Assembly: GCA_043228905.1 (NCBI GenBank)
Contig: JBHGNT010000003.1
Coordinates: 19,840,001-19,904,000, forward strand
Length of the DNA: 64,000 nt
Direction of reading: 5' to 3'
From: Azolla caroliniana
Taxonomy: Eukaryota > Plantae > Polypodiophyta
The notes under the pieces were generated by a model, which saw only the letters and a list, made by a program, of their open reading frames with translations, was not told the origin of the DNA and searched no databases. Shown here one piece after another: positions 25,639-39,364 of this stretch. The translations under genes and the position numbers were made by a program. Every line of letters begins with the position of its first letter. Within the stretch, counting starts at the first letter, position 1.

Positions 25639-25670
<32 letters not shown>

Positions 25671-27071
25671 ATGTATCAAGCAATGTCTATATGTACTTTG
25701 AGAGAGATCTATATTTGCTTATAAATTATAGATAAATATAGAGAATGCAAAGTCCTTACTAAGCTTATTCTAAATCCCTATCTTCCAAAATGTTTTATAA
25801 CATTTTTATTGATATCTGCATGTCTAAATTCAATGTATGGTTTGCATGTGACGAAGAGGCACCGTAATAAGAATCTTGTTAATAGATTAAAACCTTCAAA
25901 CAAAGTTGAAGAGCCAATTTTTCTTATTCTTTAATTATTAAGACCAATTTGAAGAACACAAACTTTGTGTACAAGGATTAAGCCAAGTTAAAGGCATTTA
26001 AGTTGTACAACTAATATCAAATGACTAGTCTATGTGAGCCCCCATAGATAATAATAAAGTCAAAATTGACAATTATGTTATTTCAAACAAAGTCAAATAT
26101 GATTAAATTTATCCTCAAGTTCATTCCAAAGTTTTCATTGCTCCAAGGATATGTTAGTTTAGTCTTCCACGGTATTGCCTTTGGAATCAAACCAGTGAGG
26201 TGGTCTTCCTTGAACATTCCAAGAAATCTACTAATTGAACACAAAGTAACAAACGATTGGATACTAAATTTATTCTAGTACCTAATTAAATATGATCATG
26301 TGGTGGAACAAGAATTAGTGTGATTTAGATATTAACAACAATGATTCCAGTATAATGCAAGGGTAACGAATTATCCTAAATGATTCTACTTCACAAGCTA
26401 TCCACTACTAGAGATTTATAGGCCTTTGAGGGCAAGATTTATAGGAATGCCAAAACATTAATTTGCTGGACTGTTTCTTTAGCTTCCATTGCAATAATGG
26501 CTTTATTTATTTGTATATCTGGTTGTTTCTCCTCCCTTGTTTCCTTGTGTGGCTTTTCATGAATTGTGGTTAAGCTCCTTCCCACACTTCCATCTTTCAA
26601 CTCTTTTCCGCGATCTTGGGGTTGAGATCCTTTCTGAGATGTGACCTTGTGACTTTGTTTATGTGCTCATGAGATATACCCTTCCCTACTAACCTTGGCT
26701 AGGAAGTCTCCTTGTTTTTCCTTATTCATCATATTTAGAGTATGTCCTTATCTGATTTCTACTCAAGAATAGTTATCATAGAGTATTGGATTCTTCTTCA
26801 AAAATGGCTTGGAGGCTACTTAGATGAAGTTATTTATTAGAGTACACATTAAATAGAGAAGCAATATCCACTATATTTGTAGAAGGTTACCTATGTAGTC
26901 ATCCTCTAAATGGAAGTTGTATACAGTATGTCTTTTTGTTTTTTAATGTTGTTTTCCAATTTTTATTCATCAATATTAAAAATATGGCTTTGTTTTTGCA
27001 CTACATATATGGTTAATGTTTTCTACCATGTTATTTGTTGCTCCACTCTCATGGGCTTAGAAAAGTGAGAA

Positions 27072-27257
27072 ATGTTTAGCAATTCATGTGATGGTGGGAA
27101 TAGGTCTAGTAGCAACTATTCATTACTAGAAAAGGACTACCTTGAGATTTGCAAGTTTGACAGATGTAATTATTTTTGTGGAATATTTGGATATATGATG
27201 CATATATTCCCAAGATGTTGTGCAAGGGCCATGGCATGGTACCAAATAGAAAGGTAG
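27072..27257 (+). mobile_element. Degenerate Copia gag N-terminal relic
   Basis: EKDYLEICKFDRCNY resembles GKDHLEIRKFDGSNF of the Copia-2 gag (38319-38885). Confidence 0.5.
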
Positions 27258-28017
27258 TGAGGAGAAAGAAAAGGCAATGCTTTCAAAATACCAGAAAGCA
27301 AAATGAAAATGTTAGCCAAAATAGAAAGATAGTGAGGAGGAGAAGGAAAAGACAAATACAAGAAAGGAAAATGAAAATGTAGTTTAAGCTCCAACTAATC
27401 TTAGCATATAAAGTAAAATGAAAATGTTGTTTAGGGTCAAACCAAATCTAGGATGGAGACAAGTCAATGGTAAGAATGAATATATTAAATGTGAATTGAC
27501 AAATGAAGAGACATTAGAATTAGAATATGTAGGGTGGCCTCAATGACATTTAAAGCTTTTACATCCTAAGTTCAAATTGCTAGTATGAAGAATATTCAGA
27601 TTCAATACCATATCATACAAAGTATCCCAGTTAAAATTATATGAACTCAATGTGGCACAAAGCTTTAAGATTCCATGTTCGAAGGGCTAGTACAAAGCAT
27701 ATTGAGATTGAAATATTACATCGTATTGGAAAGCATCCTAGCCGAAAATCATACAGCCGACAAAGTTTATCATTAGGAATTCATGCATATATTCTCTATT
27801 ACATTATAAATTGCCATCATATTGCACATGGAGTGTGTGTGTGTGTAGGGATCTATTACATTTCTCATTGAAACACCTTTTATTGATTATACAGTTCCAA
27901 TTAAGAAAACAAGGATGGGCAGCCACAATGGTGAAATTGACCAGCAATTGGAAGGGGTGTTATTGATTCTTGGATAACAATGTGTCATGGGGAGACATGT
28001 AGTATTTATTTATGGGA

Positions 28018-28602
28018 TCATAGGAAGTGAGCCTCATGGGCAAAGGTGAAGAGTGTTCCATTCTTGAGCATTCCAGCGAAGGAGATGAGGGTGTAGCCGT
28101 CGGCGCCGCGGAAAGTGCCGGTGCCACCCACGATGGCCACCTCATTGGTACCGGATGTCCCGACGGCTCCCGTGATCACGAATGTCCCATTGTGCTTTCC
28201 GCCATCAGCATACTCCAGCACCACGGTCTCAATGCCCCGCGACACGCCTGTGAGGTAGCTTGTCTCGATGGCGTAGCCACGGCTGTACCCGAGCTGCCTC
28301 GAGGTCGGGCTCACAGCCTCGGTCACATTGAGTGCAAAGAGGGAGGCCGCGCCGAAGTCTGCGGAGAAGGATGAGTTGAGCGCGGGTAGGAACGCATCCG
28401 TGGCACCTAGCGCGCCATTGACCTCGATGTGCACAAAGTACTTGAGCATGAACGGCTTGTACGGAGATTGGCGGGCCTCGGCTCCCCCGGGACCTCGAGC
28501 AATGCAAAGGAGCAATGCCAGTGCGAGGAAGTATGAGATGAGGGATCGCTTATGGCGTGCATTGATGTTATCAGAAGAAGAGGTCCATGCCAAAGCATCC
28601 AT
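28018..28602 (-). CDS. Dirigent-like secreted protein (intronless, 194 aa)
   Basis: Hydrophobic signal segment (SYFLALALLLCIARG), FG motif, TSRQLGYSRG and the dirigent C-terminal motif EVAIVGGTGTFRGADGY. Confidence 0.85.
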   Translation of the reverse strand: MDALAWTSSSDNINARHKRSLISYFLALALLLCIARGPGGAEARQSPYKPFMLKYFVHIEVNGALGATDAFLPALNSSFSADFGAASLFALNVTEAVSPTSRQLGYSRGYAIETSYLTGVSRGIETVVLEYADGGKHNGTFVITGAVGTSGTNEVAIVGGTGTFRGADGYTLISFAGMLKNGTLFTFAHEAHFL

Positions 28603-29730
28603 AGATGGTCTCTTCGTTTTAATTTAGAAGTGATGCCTGGAACTCAAGAGCAATGTGCTTTTTGTCGATCTCTTTATTTTGGATGTACAAATATGTGGAT
28701 ATATGTTGGTTGGGATATGTATCAATTGATTGATATCTATGTGTATAAGTGGTATTGATGTCGGTTGTGAGTTTGGACCATATATATAGCTTAAATTTTA
28801 AGATTTTTGTTTCTAAAAATATAAGACAAAAATCGAAAATGCTAAAGACTCGTTCAAGCACCAACGCATATGTACATAACTACTAATAATAACATATATC
28901 TTATTTTGATTGGATTGACTAGTCTATCCATCCCATACATATATATCTATGTATTATGTATGAATGTCAAAGTTAGCTACCAATAATGCCCATGAAATAA
29001 GATCTCTATGTCAATAATGGAAAATCAAACCCAACGTTTGGTATGTGAGTGTTTGACTTTTAAATCCGTGTCGACTAGTTCCAACAGCCACAATCATCAT
29101 TGCTAGGTTGGCAAAACACGCGGATTTATGCACCGTATGTATCAAGGAAAAATGGAAACAAAACAAGTCTTAGTTAGCACAATCCAAGGACCAAGATGCA
29201 TGTAAGTTAGGCTCTCAAGATACATAACTTAGTTTTTACTACACGACCCACGGCCAGTTATTTTCAACATGTGATTGCCCTTCCATATCTCATTACTTTT
29301 TTTATGAGCATAACTATTTGGCACCTTCAACTTGGTTACCCAAGTGTTGATTGTGAATCATGATTCTTATCAGATGAATAATTTCTAGATATGTGAATGC
29401 TCAAATTTCCAAGCATATGTGAATTATAGTCAAATTGGTACTCACACCTTAAATATGAGGTTCATAGTATGATATATGCATAGGTACATGGCTCATGTCA
29501 TCTCTTAGCATAATTTGCCTTAAAACAATGATACAATTATTAGGCAAACGTAAGGTTTATATAGAATGAGAGAGTGTGTCTATGGCATGGAGACAAAAAT
29601 ATGGAGGGGGGGAGCATCAATAAAAATCATTTACTATCCAAACTGGCTAAACCAACATCCTTCTATTTCAATTTTCCACAAGTTAAACCCGTAGATAAAA
29701 TAAAAAGTACAATTTGATTTGCACAACAAA

Positions 29731-30298
29731 TAGCAATGGGCGCGGTTCAGTTTCGGTTCGGTTCGGTTTCAAGGCAAAGAAACCAAACCAAACCATTTAT
29801 TTAAAACAAAAACCAAACCAAACCGTTTATGAACCCTCAGTATTTAAACCAAACCATTAAAGAAAAAGTTGAAACCAAACCGTTTAGGGAAAAGTTAAAA
29901 CCAAACCGAACCATTTAATAAAAAATTTAAACCTAACCACTTAAAACAAACTAATTAAACATCTAACTAAACAAAAATACATTAAATTAAATAAGCATTT
30001 AAGTTAAATTTATTAAATCAATAAAAGAAACTTTAATTGAACCATAAAATTAAATAAACATTTAAGTTAAATTAATTAAATCAATAAAAAACCATTAATT
30101 AAACCACTAAATCAATAAACTATTAAGGTAAAAAAAAGTTAACCAAAAACCTATAAACCCAAGTTTTAGAACCGAACTTGAACCGTTTATTGAAAATCGA
30201 AACCAAACCAAACCATCAAAATATTTTGGAACCAATAAACCATTAAACCATGGCTTAATGGTTCGGTTCAGTTTGAGCCGAAACCGTGCCCATTGCTA
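29731..30298. mobile_element. Non-autonomous hAT-type MITE (568 bp)
   Basis: TIRs TAGCAATGGGC(G/A)CGGTT; 8-bp TSD ACAACAAA/GCAACAAA; subterminal AAACC/AACCG arrays. Confidence 0.88.
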
Positions 30299-33179
30299 GC
30301 AACAAACATTCCAAAGTATCAAACACGTGACCGTTGTTTTCACTTGCACATGCCATGCTCCCAAAACAAAGCAATGTGCAATTTTAGTGATGGCTATGAT
30401 TCTCTAATATAGAAAGCCATGTCAAATCAGCACATTCTTTTTAACTAAACAAATTGAAGAGTTGTTAGATCACATGAATTGCTTGAGTCCATATCTCATT
30501 TCTCATTTTTTTGACACAAAATTGTCTGGCTTTTGTAATTTATTGTGACTTTCTCTGAAAATACAGATGGAAGAAAGAAATGAGCATTTTAAGCATTCAC
30601 CCCATAACTGAAGTTTTGAATTAGCTTTCGGTCTTATTATGGAGTGAAACAACACTTTGGAAACCATTTGAATGAATTTAAATATTTGCATTATTGAAAG
30701 TATTCAATAAGCTCGGATTGTTACTAGAAATAATTTTGTGTAACTGGGTTTATGTTATAATGACTGAAGAAGTGTAGTTCAAGCAGTCCAGCTATTGAGC
30801 TCAGCAATAAGATTATCAACTAGAATATCTTTGTCCTCTCTTGAAGTCAGATTCTTAACACGAACTGATCCACGCTCCCATTCACTTGTGCCTAACAGTA
30901 TGATCTGCTTGGCTTGTAAACATTCAGCATGCTTAAATGCCCTGTAAGTATATAACAGACATGCAACAATTATACATACATACAAAGAAATCATACTACA
31001 TTCATACAATAAAAACATAATTATACACATAGTCAAAATATACTGACACAATAAACACATACCATGAAAACAATGTTCATTTAGTTGGTTGACCTTATTA
31101 ATAGCATATACATGCTTTGGCAATATAGATAAGGGGAAATTGTGCTCGAATGAAGCTATAAAATTGGATCCTGATACAATAGTAGGATATGCACTGATGT
31201 CAAGCATGTATGCTGAAAGTCACATAGTGGAGGCTATATATCTCCCAATTCATCTCTCATTTTTGTAAAATAAGTGGGTTGTATTTTGTAGCAGATATGC
31301 TTTTTAAAACTAATGGAAGGATATCTTGTTTAGAAAAAAAAACAATGTACATTTGCATTTACAACAGAAACTCATAAATGAAAACATTGAGGTTACCATT
31401 TCATCTTCTTATTCTCGAGAACAAGTTCCACAGCGAATCCTGCATTCCACAACCGATTTGCAATCAATCCAGCTTGTGGCCTTAGCTCCTCCTCTAGTGC
31501 AAACACAATGCAATCCACATCAAGCTGAAGATTGGGCAATATAGTCCTTTCTCCTTCAGCAACCGAAAGTATCCAAGTCAATAATAAGTCATTGTTATCA
31601 GTGATTTCATTTTATGCTTTTTTTGGGTAATAGCTTTTAGGAGAAAATGTCAACTTCCCAAAATATCCTTAACTTGTCAGATATTTACCAGGGTTCAAAA
31701 TTTTAAAATTTACTAATACAAAGGGTTATTCTGGTGTAATTCCCTAACATATATTGATAGTGAGAAAGCTTGCAATGAAGCGAAAACCCACAAATGCTTC
31801 AAATACACAAATGGGCTCTGACAATGAAGCATAACCATATCCACTAGCTAATGCGAATAGCTGATTCAATTCTCTCACAGCTTCATTGTCAGAGCCCAGA
31901 AAACCTGCAAATGGAGGAAAGATAAAAAAAACTATTTTTCTATGGAGCGCTGAAATTGCACCAGTTGCTGCTTAAATACGCAGATACTGTTTGTGGGTTC
32001 TACGAAGATACAAACAAATAATATCCTTGCCACCAGTTCTACGAAGATACAAACAAATAAACTGAAATTTGAATATCTAAATTGATTACCTTTCTATTGG
32101 ATACTGGAATCCCAACATCTTCAGATGTAATGCCAAGGCCAACATTTTTGATAAATACAAAAATACCAGAAAGAAGTTCTGCTTCTGCCTGGATTTGGAA
32201 AGAGTTTTAGGTTTCATGCATACATTGTGAGAAGGGCTACACATAGAAACTACCTATAAAATGCAAAAAAGCTACAAAAAGACCTCGCATTGCTTATATG
32301 TTCCTATAATGTCATACAATAGTCCTAAAGGAACATTTGATCTTATCCTGAAATTTGAAGCACTATTACATTACATGTTTCAACCATGCACCAGGCTAAA
32401 TATGCCTGATACAAATTCGAAGATTAATTGTCAGTGATCTGAAAACCTAAATGAGTTTCTCTACATAAACCTGTATAGAAATACTCTCAAAGAAATCACA
32501 CACTTGATAGGCATATTCCTTATTTGAAGATTTTGCTCAGTTGCAAAAAGGGCACTATATGAAAAATGCACCATCACTTTTACATTCTAATATTATTTTG
32601 GGGCTCATGCTCAATTTCCAATAATTATTTATTCCATCGCAAATGGTATTTTTGGAGCTCCGATTCCCCATTCATAACCTCAGGAATTGTATCTTACACA
32701 CAGGTATCCTTCCATATCCTTCACCTCCATCACATTGAGCATCCTAAAATGATGATTAACAAACTCAATTACACATGTCACAATGTGTATCCTACACCAT
32801 GCTAACTCTCATTCACAAGAGCTCTTTCTCGAAAGCTAGAAGGAAACATTGGAAGAGGACACAGCAGAAGTGATAAGTTAAAATGAACTTTCATCTACTA
32901 GACAATGAATCACCAGTGCCAGACAATGGCACCAGTTAAATAAGAATCCAAAATTAGTAAGATTTCGAGCAAATGAATGTGGAGACTTATGAATTACTAC
33001 AGAAGTATGTTAACCTAAACGAGATGCTTCTACATTTTAAATAATACAGCAATTGTATTCTCAAATTTCCATCAAATGTACAATGACCTGTGACAGACAT
33101 ACTCTGCTGTGATTGGAGCACGTTTCTAAATTAAGAGTTAAGCTTCAACGTCCTCTGGCAGGCAGCACATATACCCTCA

Positions 33180-33405
33180 TTGGTATAGCAAGAATGTAAA
33201 GATTAACTTGGGAAAAAGATATATTAATGTCTGTAAAAGACCATAATGGCCTACGAGACCTGTCAGACATTTATAACTGTTTATAAGTTTACAATTGTTT
33301 GTGATGCATAGCAAGAATGTAAAGATTGACTTGGGAGAAAGATAGATTAATGTCTGAAAAAGACCCATAATGGCCTATGAGACCTGTCAGACATTTATGA
33401 TTATT
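33180..33405. repeat. Two ~122-bp tandem copies in a HisRS pseudogene intron
   Basis: ATAGCAAGAATGTAAAGATT...GAGACCTGTCAGACATTTAT occurs twice. Confidence 0.8.
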
Positions 33406-34732
33406 TATAACTAGTCAATGTGAATAACAAAAGAAGAATGTCTTTCTAGAGTAGGTCCCCAAAACTAAATGGCTTGAAATGGAATCGTGAATAGCCAATA
33501 ATCAGCTTCTGTGCCTGATCACTGGACCTGAAATTGCTGCCCTCTGAAAGAATTCATCATTGGGTGAGGTGATCCAAAATGGAAAGGTCAATGGGACAAC
33601 GAAAGCACATACAATGTCGTGTGATTAGAGGAAGCTTAAAGTAGGGATATAAATCAAAAGATTTTGTACTTGTTGGTTATACTATATAATTGTAAGATAG
33701 CTATATTATCCCTAAAGCCAGATACCTTATTCGTAACTTAAGACAAATGCGACCATCAACTTATAAATCAGAAGTGACCATACCCATTGGGTATACTAAT
33801 AAAAGCAGACCAATATCTGATTCAAAACTTGTAGTGAAATACTACTGCTATAAGATCTCTACTAGATTATTTGAATGGTAGTCACTACCTTCTTTCTTTA
33901 GGTACTAGGTTTCCATGTGGAATTTGAAACTTTCTCAAAGGATCATTAACTTCATATGAATGGTTACATAAACCAGGGTAAGAATCCGACACTATTCTTT
34001 GTGATTGGAAGTGCATTTTATGTATAGATAGAAATTGAAATGCCACCCCTTTACATCACATAAACACACTAAAAATTAATCACATAAAAACAAAAAACAT
34101 AAGATTTGAAGGCTAAATAAACAATAAAGGTTTAAACAAACCTAAAAGACATACATCCAAGTAATGCTCTCATACTATATTTTAACTCACCTCAACACCA
34201 GAAACACCAATTATATCCATATTCCACTGATAATGTTCACGTCTCCTTCCCCTTGTCATCCTTTCATAACGCCAACATTGTCCTATTGCAAACCATTTCA
34301 TAGGAAATGGCAGAGACGAGAACTTTAAACAGTTTTCTTCCACACATTATGGCTACACGTTGACGTTGCGTGTTTCATGTACCCTTTCTGCAGTACTAAT
34401 TGTTGGATCTGGAGTAATGGAGGCGGACGAGCTGCTGTTTTCTGGCCTGCACAGAAAATGTCGAACACACACACACAGAGAAAAACAGCACACAGACAGA
34501 GGAAAAACACAACAACTTTTTGGGGGCAAATGAAACCCTCATTTCTATTAGTTTATATACCTATGCGTAAATAGTAAGAAATTACAGATTTGGCCTTTTC
34601 TTACTATCAATCTCCCACTAAAAGGCCAAACTAGGGATCAACAAAGCTGATGGGGAGATTGAACAAGACCTACACATCCTACTTGATGAGTATGTTACAC
34701 AATGTACAAGAAACAATGTGTAACCTCATGAC

Positions 34733-37700
34733 CTAAGTTATCCCCATCAAGTGGCAGCAATGCTCTAGTGCTTCGTGCGATAGAGCCTTGGTCAACGCAT
34801 CTGCGGCATTGTCTTGAGAGACAACTTTCTCAAGACTAATATAGCCAGCAGCTATGCATTCTCGAATGAAGTGATATCTCACTCCAATGTGCTTGGTCTT
34901 CGCATGGTATACTGGGTTTTTAGCCAATGCAATGGCACTCTGACTATCACAAAACAATATGGGTACAAGCTTAGATATGCCCATGTCACAAGCTAATCTG
35001 GACAGCCATACGGCTTCCTTACAAGCTTCGCTAGCTGCGACATACTCTGCTTCTGTAGTGGACAGAGCAGTACATTTTTGGAGACGAGATCTCCAAGATA
35101 TCGCACCTCCCATAAACTGAAAAATATATCCTGAAGTGGATTTTCTGCTGTCAGAGCAGCCAGCATAATCAGAATCTGTGTATCCGATGATGGATACAGT
35201 TCCACCACCTAAACATAGACACCTATTCTTAGTGCCACACAGATATCTTAAAATCAGTTTAACTGCCTCCCAATGTTTATTACCAGGATTGGACATAAAT
35301 CTGCTCACAGCTCCCACTGCGAAAGCAATGTCTGGTCTGGTCGCTATCATAGCGTACATAAGACTCCCAACAGCGGATTGATAAGGAACCTTGGACATGA
35401 ATTTCTTGTCCTCATCGGATGTGGGGCAATCACGTGTGCTCAGATTTACATATGAAGGTAGTGGAGTGCTTAACGGCTTCGCATTCTCCATATTAAACCT
35501 CATGAGCACTTTCGATATGTACTCAGCCTGAGACAAGTAAATACATCGCTTACTCCTATCACGAGTGATACGCATACCAAGAATATGTTTTGCATCTCCC
35601 AAATCCTTCATGTCAAAATTCTGGCTCAAGTTTTTCTTTAACGAGGATAACTCATCCTTGTTTTTACCAGCAATAAGCATGTCATCAACATATAATATCA
35701 ATGTGATAAAACTCCCATCTGAACAGTTTTTCGTATAAAGACATGCATCTTCATTGCTTCTAGTACATCCTTGAGTCTTCATAAAGGCATCAAATTTCTG
35801 ATACCATAACCTCGGGGACTGCTTAAGCCCATACAAACTCTTCTTGAGTTTACATACCAAATGTTCTTTTCCCAATACTTCATAACCTTCTGGTTGTTCC
35901 ATATAAATGTCCTCATCAAGGTCCCCATGCAAGAAAGCAGTCTTCACATCCATTTGGACAAGTTCCAAATTCTGATTTGCAGCCAATGAAAGCAACATAC
36001 GTAATGTAGTCATCTTAACTACATGAGAAAAGGTTTCATCAAAGTCAATTCCATATTCTTGCTTGAAACCTTTTGCAACCAAGCGTGCTTTATACTTTGG
36101 AGAAGCACTATCAGATGTATACTTATACTTGTATACCCATTTGCATGGCAATGCTTTCCTGTCCTTTGGCAAAGGTACTAAATCCCAAGTACCATTTTTA
36201 TAAATGCTGTCCAATTCACTTTGCATGGCCTGTTTCCATTTCACATGGTCATTTACAGATATGGCTTCATTGTAACATGAAGGCTCACCGGCATCTGTTA
36301 GCATTACATAATCAGCAAACTTACTAGGTGCCTTGGGCACACGCATAGATCTCCTCAATGAATCCTGAACCTGAGTGCCATCAGGTTGTGCATGAGAAAC
36401 CTCATTCTGAGCATCATCATTATGAGCATATTCTTGCTGAAAAGCATCATTTTGCACATCATTGTGTTGAGCATTATCATTTTGGGCATCTTCATCCTGG
36501 TCAATAACAGTTTTTTGTGACTGCGAAGCATCTACATCAATAAGATTTTTCTGTTTTTCATCAACAAAAGGCGTACTATCTTTAAATGCAACCTTTCTCA
36601 CTTCTACCTCCTTTACGGACTGTTTATGCATTTTGTTCTCGTCAAAAACAACATCACTACTTCTGACCACAGTACGTGTGTCAGGGTCCCATAAGCGATA
36701 TCCAAACTGTCCATCAATTCCGTAACCAAGAAATATACATTTTCTGCATTTATAGTCTAATTTCTTTCTTAAAGTTTTTGGAATGTGTACATACGCTTCG
36801 CATCCAAAAACTCTAAGATGAGCATAATGAGGTGTCTTGCCAGTCCACACCTCTTGTGCCACTCTTAGACCTATGGCTGTGTTCGGTGATAGGTTAATCA
36901 CATGGACTGCTGTTAAAACAGCTTCTGCCCAAAAGCCTTGCGAGAGGTTTGCATGGTGTAGCATGGAGACAACTCTGTCCTAGATGGTTCTATTCATCCT
37001 CTCAGCCACACCATTTTGGACAGGGGTGTAAGGAGCTGTAAACTCTCTCCGAATACCTCTAGACTTACAAAAGTCAACAAATTCGTGAGAGGTATACTCA
37101 CCTCCATTGTCCGAACGTAAAGCCTTAAGCTTTATGTCCTTTTCTAGCTCAACCGAACTAAGCCATTTTCTGAAAGTGGGGTATACATCATCCTTTCCCT
37201 TAATTGGATAAGCCCAAACTTTCCTAGTGGCATCATCAATGAAAGTAACAAAATATAGGGCACCACCCAAAGATCTTGTGGGCATAGGTCCACAAACATC
37301 CGTGTGGACAAGATCCAATGGTTTAGTGGATGAGTTTACACTAGTCTTATGTGCACTTCTAGTTTTCTTACCATGTTGACAATGCTCACATAAGGCAAAA
37401 TCAGAGAATGACAACTTAGGTAAGTGGCCATAACGAGATAGGATTTCCATGCCATTTCTTGACATGTGGCCCAAACGACCATGCCAAATGCTCGTCATTG
37501 GCTGGTCTGTGACAGCCAACAAGTGTTCCTTTTGATGAACAAATAGAGGGTAGAGGGAACCAACTTTGTTCCCTTTTGCAACAATCATATTTCCTTTCGT
37601 TATACGAAAGGATTGAGAAGCAAACATCACCTTATATCCATTGTCATCAAGCTGACCAACGGAGATCAAACTACGAGTTAGTTGGGGAACATGGCGTACA

Positions 37701-38885
37701 TCTTTAATGGTTAAATGAGCACCATCACTAAAATGCATTGAGATATCTCCAATGCCAATCACATCGCATTGATGTGAGTCTCCAAGTCGAACTTTCCCAA
37801 GCGACTTGGCTTCATAACATGTGAACCACTCTCTATGTGGAGTCACATGAAACGATGCACCGGAGTCCAACAACCACGTATATGATGGAGAAAAGACCGT
37901 GTTCACCCCAGCATGTGTGCTAACATCATCTAGGACCAAGATGTCCGTCTCACCACATGTTGCATTTACTTCCTCCGTTTCCAACAAGGAAGAGGGACCA
38001 CTAGATTGTCTACCATGCCCTCTAGCATTATCTTTCTCCTTATTTTTAAGGGCATAACAATCTTTCTTAAGGTGACCCTTTTTATGACAGTAATGGCACT
38101 CCATATTTTTCTTCCTAGATTTGCTTCTACCTCTATCATTTCCACCACTATTTCTTGTTTGGCTCCTACCACGTTGTTGGTTCTTGCGAGGACCAACATC
38201 AGAAACATTATATACATCTCCATTGTGTGATGCAATCACAGATTTTCTACGAATTTCTTCACCCAAAAGAGCTCCACATATGTCATTATAGACTAATTTC
38301 CCATTTGGTGCACTTGCACTAATAGCGGTGCAAAAAAGTGTTCCATGAGCTAGGCAAAGTGCATAACAAAAATACACATTTCAACTCATCATCAAAAATC
38401 ATTTTCTGAGCCAGTAATTGTGACCATAATGCATCAAAATCATTCAAATGAGAAGCGACACTGTCATTGTCCTTCATTCGAAGATCATAAAGTTTTCTCA
38501 TTAGATAAACTTTGTTTGATGCGGTCTCTTTTTCGTATGTACTGGATAGTTTAGTCCATAGCTTTTCAGCTGAGTCACAGTCCAAGACCGTGAAATACAC
38601 GTTGTCAGCCAGGTGCAGTCTTATGGTAGACATTGCCAAGAGATCGAGCTCTTCCCAATCGTCCTTGGTCATGCCCTCGGGTCTCTTGGCTTCACCACTT
38701 ATAGCTCTTAATTGCCTTCTTTGAATCAGGACATCTCTCATCTGATTCTTCCACAGGGCAAAGTTGGATCCGTCAAATTTACGGATCTCAAGGTGGTCTT
38801 TTCCACTCATAGGGTGATTTCTATGGGAATTGAACGAACCACCGCGTGAGGTACTTGAAACCTCGGACATTTCAGAGGCAGCCAT
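34733..38885 (-). pseudogene. Copia-2 polyprotein (one frameshift at ~38335, one stop at 36980-36982)
   Basis: CHYCHKKGHLKKDC, LDSGAS, WHGRLGH, SDNGGEY, QNGVAERMNRT, MDVKTAFLHG, YVDD, TDSDYAG, ADALTK. Confidence 0.95.
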
Positions 38886-39364
38886 TCGGAAGCTAGGTAA
38901 ACTTGGTCAATCCCAAATATAAACAACTAACAATAGTTGAGACACTACTCCCTACCTAGTCTCAAGCCGTGTTCTAGGGTAGGTATATGTGTTCGATTGA
39001 GGACAACACCTCTTTCTTATATCAGCCAAGGTAAAATGTCTGTAACCAAGACGTAACTTCAACGTCACAAACTCACATCAAGTGAGCAAGCATCGAAAGA
39101 AAAAAAAAAGAAACCAAACACAGGTTCTTTTGCGTGTAAATCCTCACTTCTGAAACAACAAGTCTTCTCTGTTTCTACCTTCCACCAAGGTCTATTTTTC
39201 CCCAAAAAATAGGCACACAAAAAAAAACTGTTCAAGACGGAAACGTGTAGTAGATATTACCTCTGTCGAGGTCCTGAAAAATAGCATGCGCAGAGGGGGA
39301 AAAAGCAAAAATGTAGATGCTTGTTGCTACACACAGTCTCACAAAGTCCACGCTCTGATACCAC

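Larger units (their letters stand above)
827..25670 (+). mobile_element. L1-type LINE (EN-RT ORF2), degenerate, split into four pieces by three large LTR-element insertions
   Basis: Pieces 827-1836, 11964-11993, 17111-19135 and 25377-25541 rejoin across the TSDs into DEVDTILRHLPGGKSLGWDGL and NWNMRSTFVFDDR. (GA)n-rich tail at ~25640-25670. Confidence 0.9.

Noticed and set aside
25700-27050. Possible degraded retroelement on the minus strand
   Set aside because: No motif could be read with confidence.
30779-31207. Standalone 142-aa gene
   Set aside because: Only 30941-30779 is the last HisRS exon; the rest is intron read-through.
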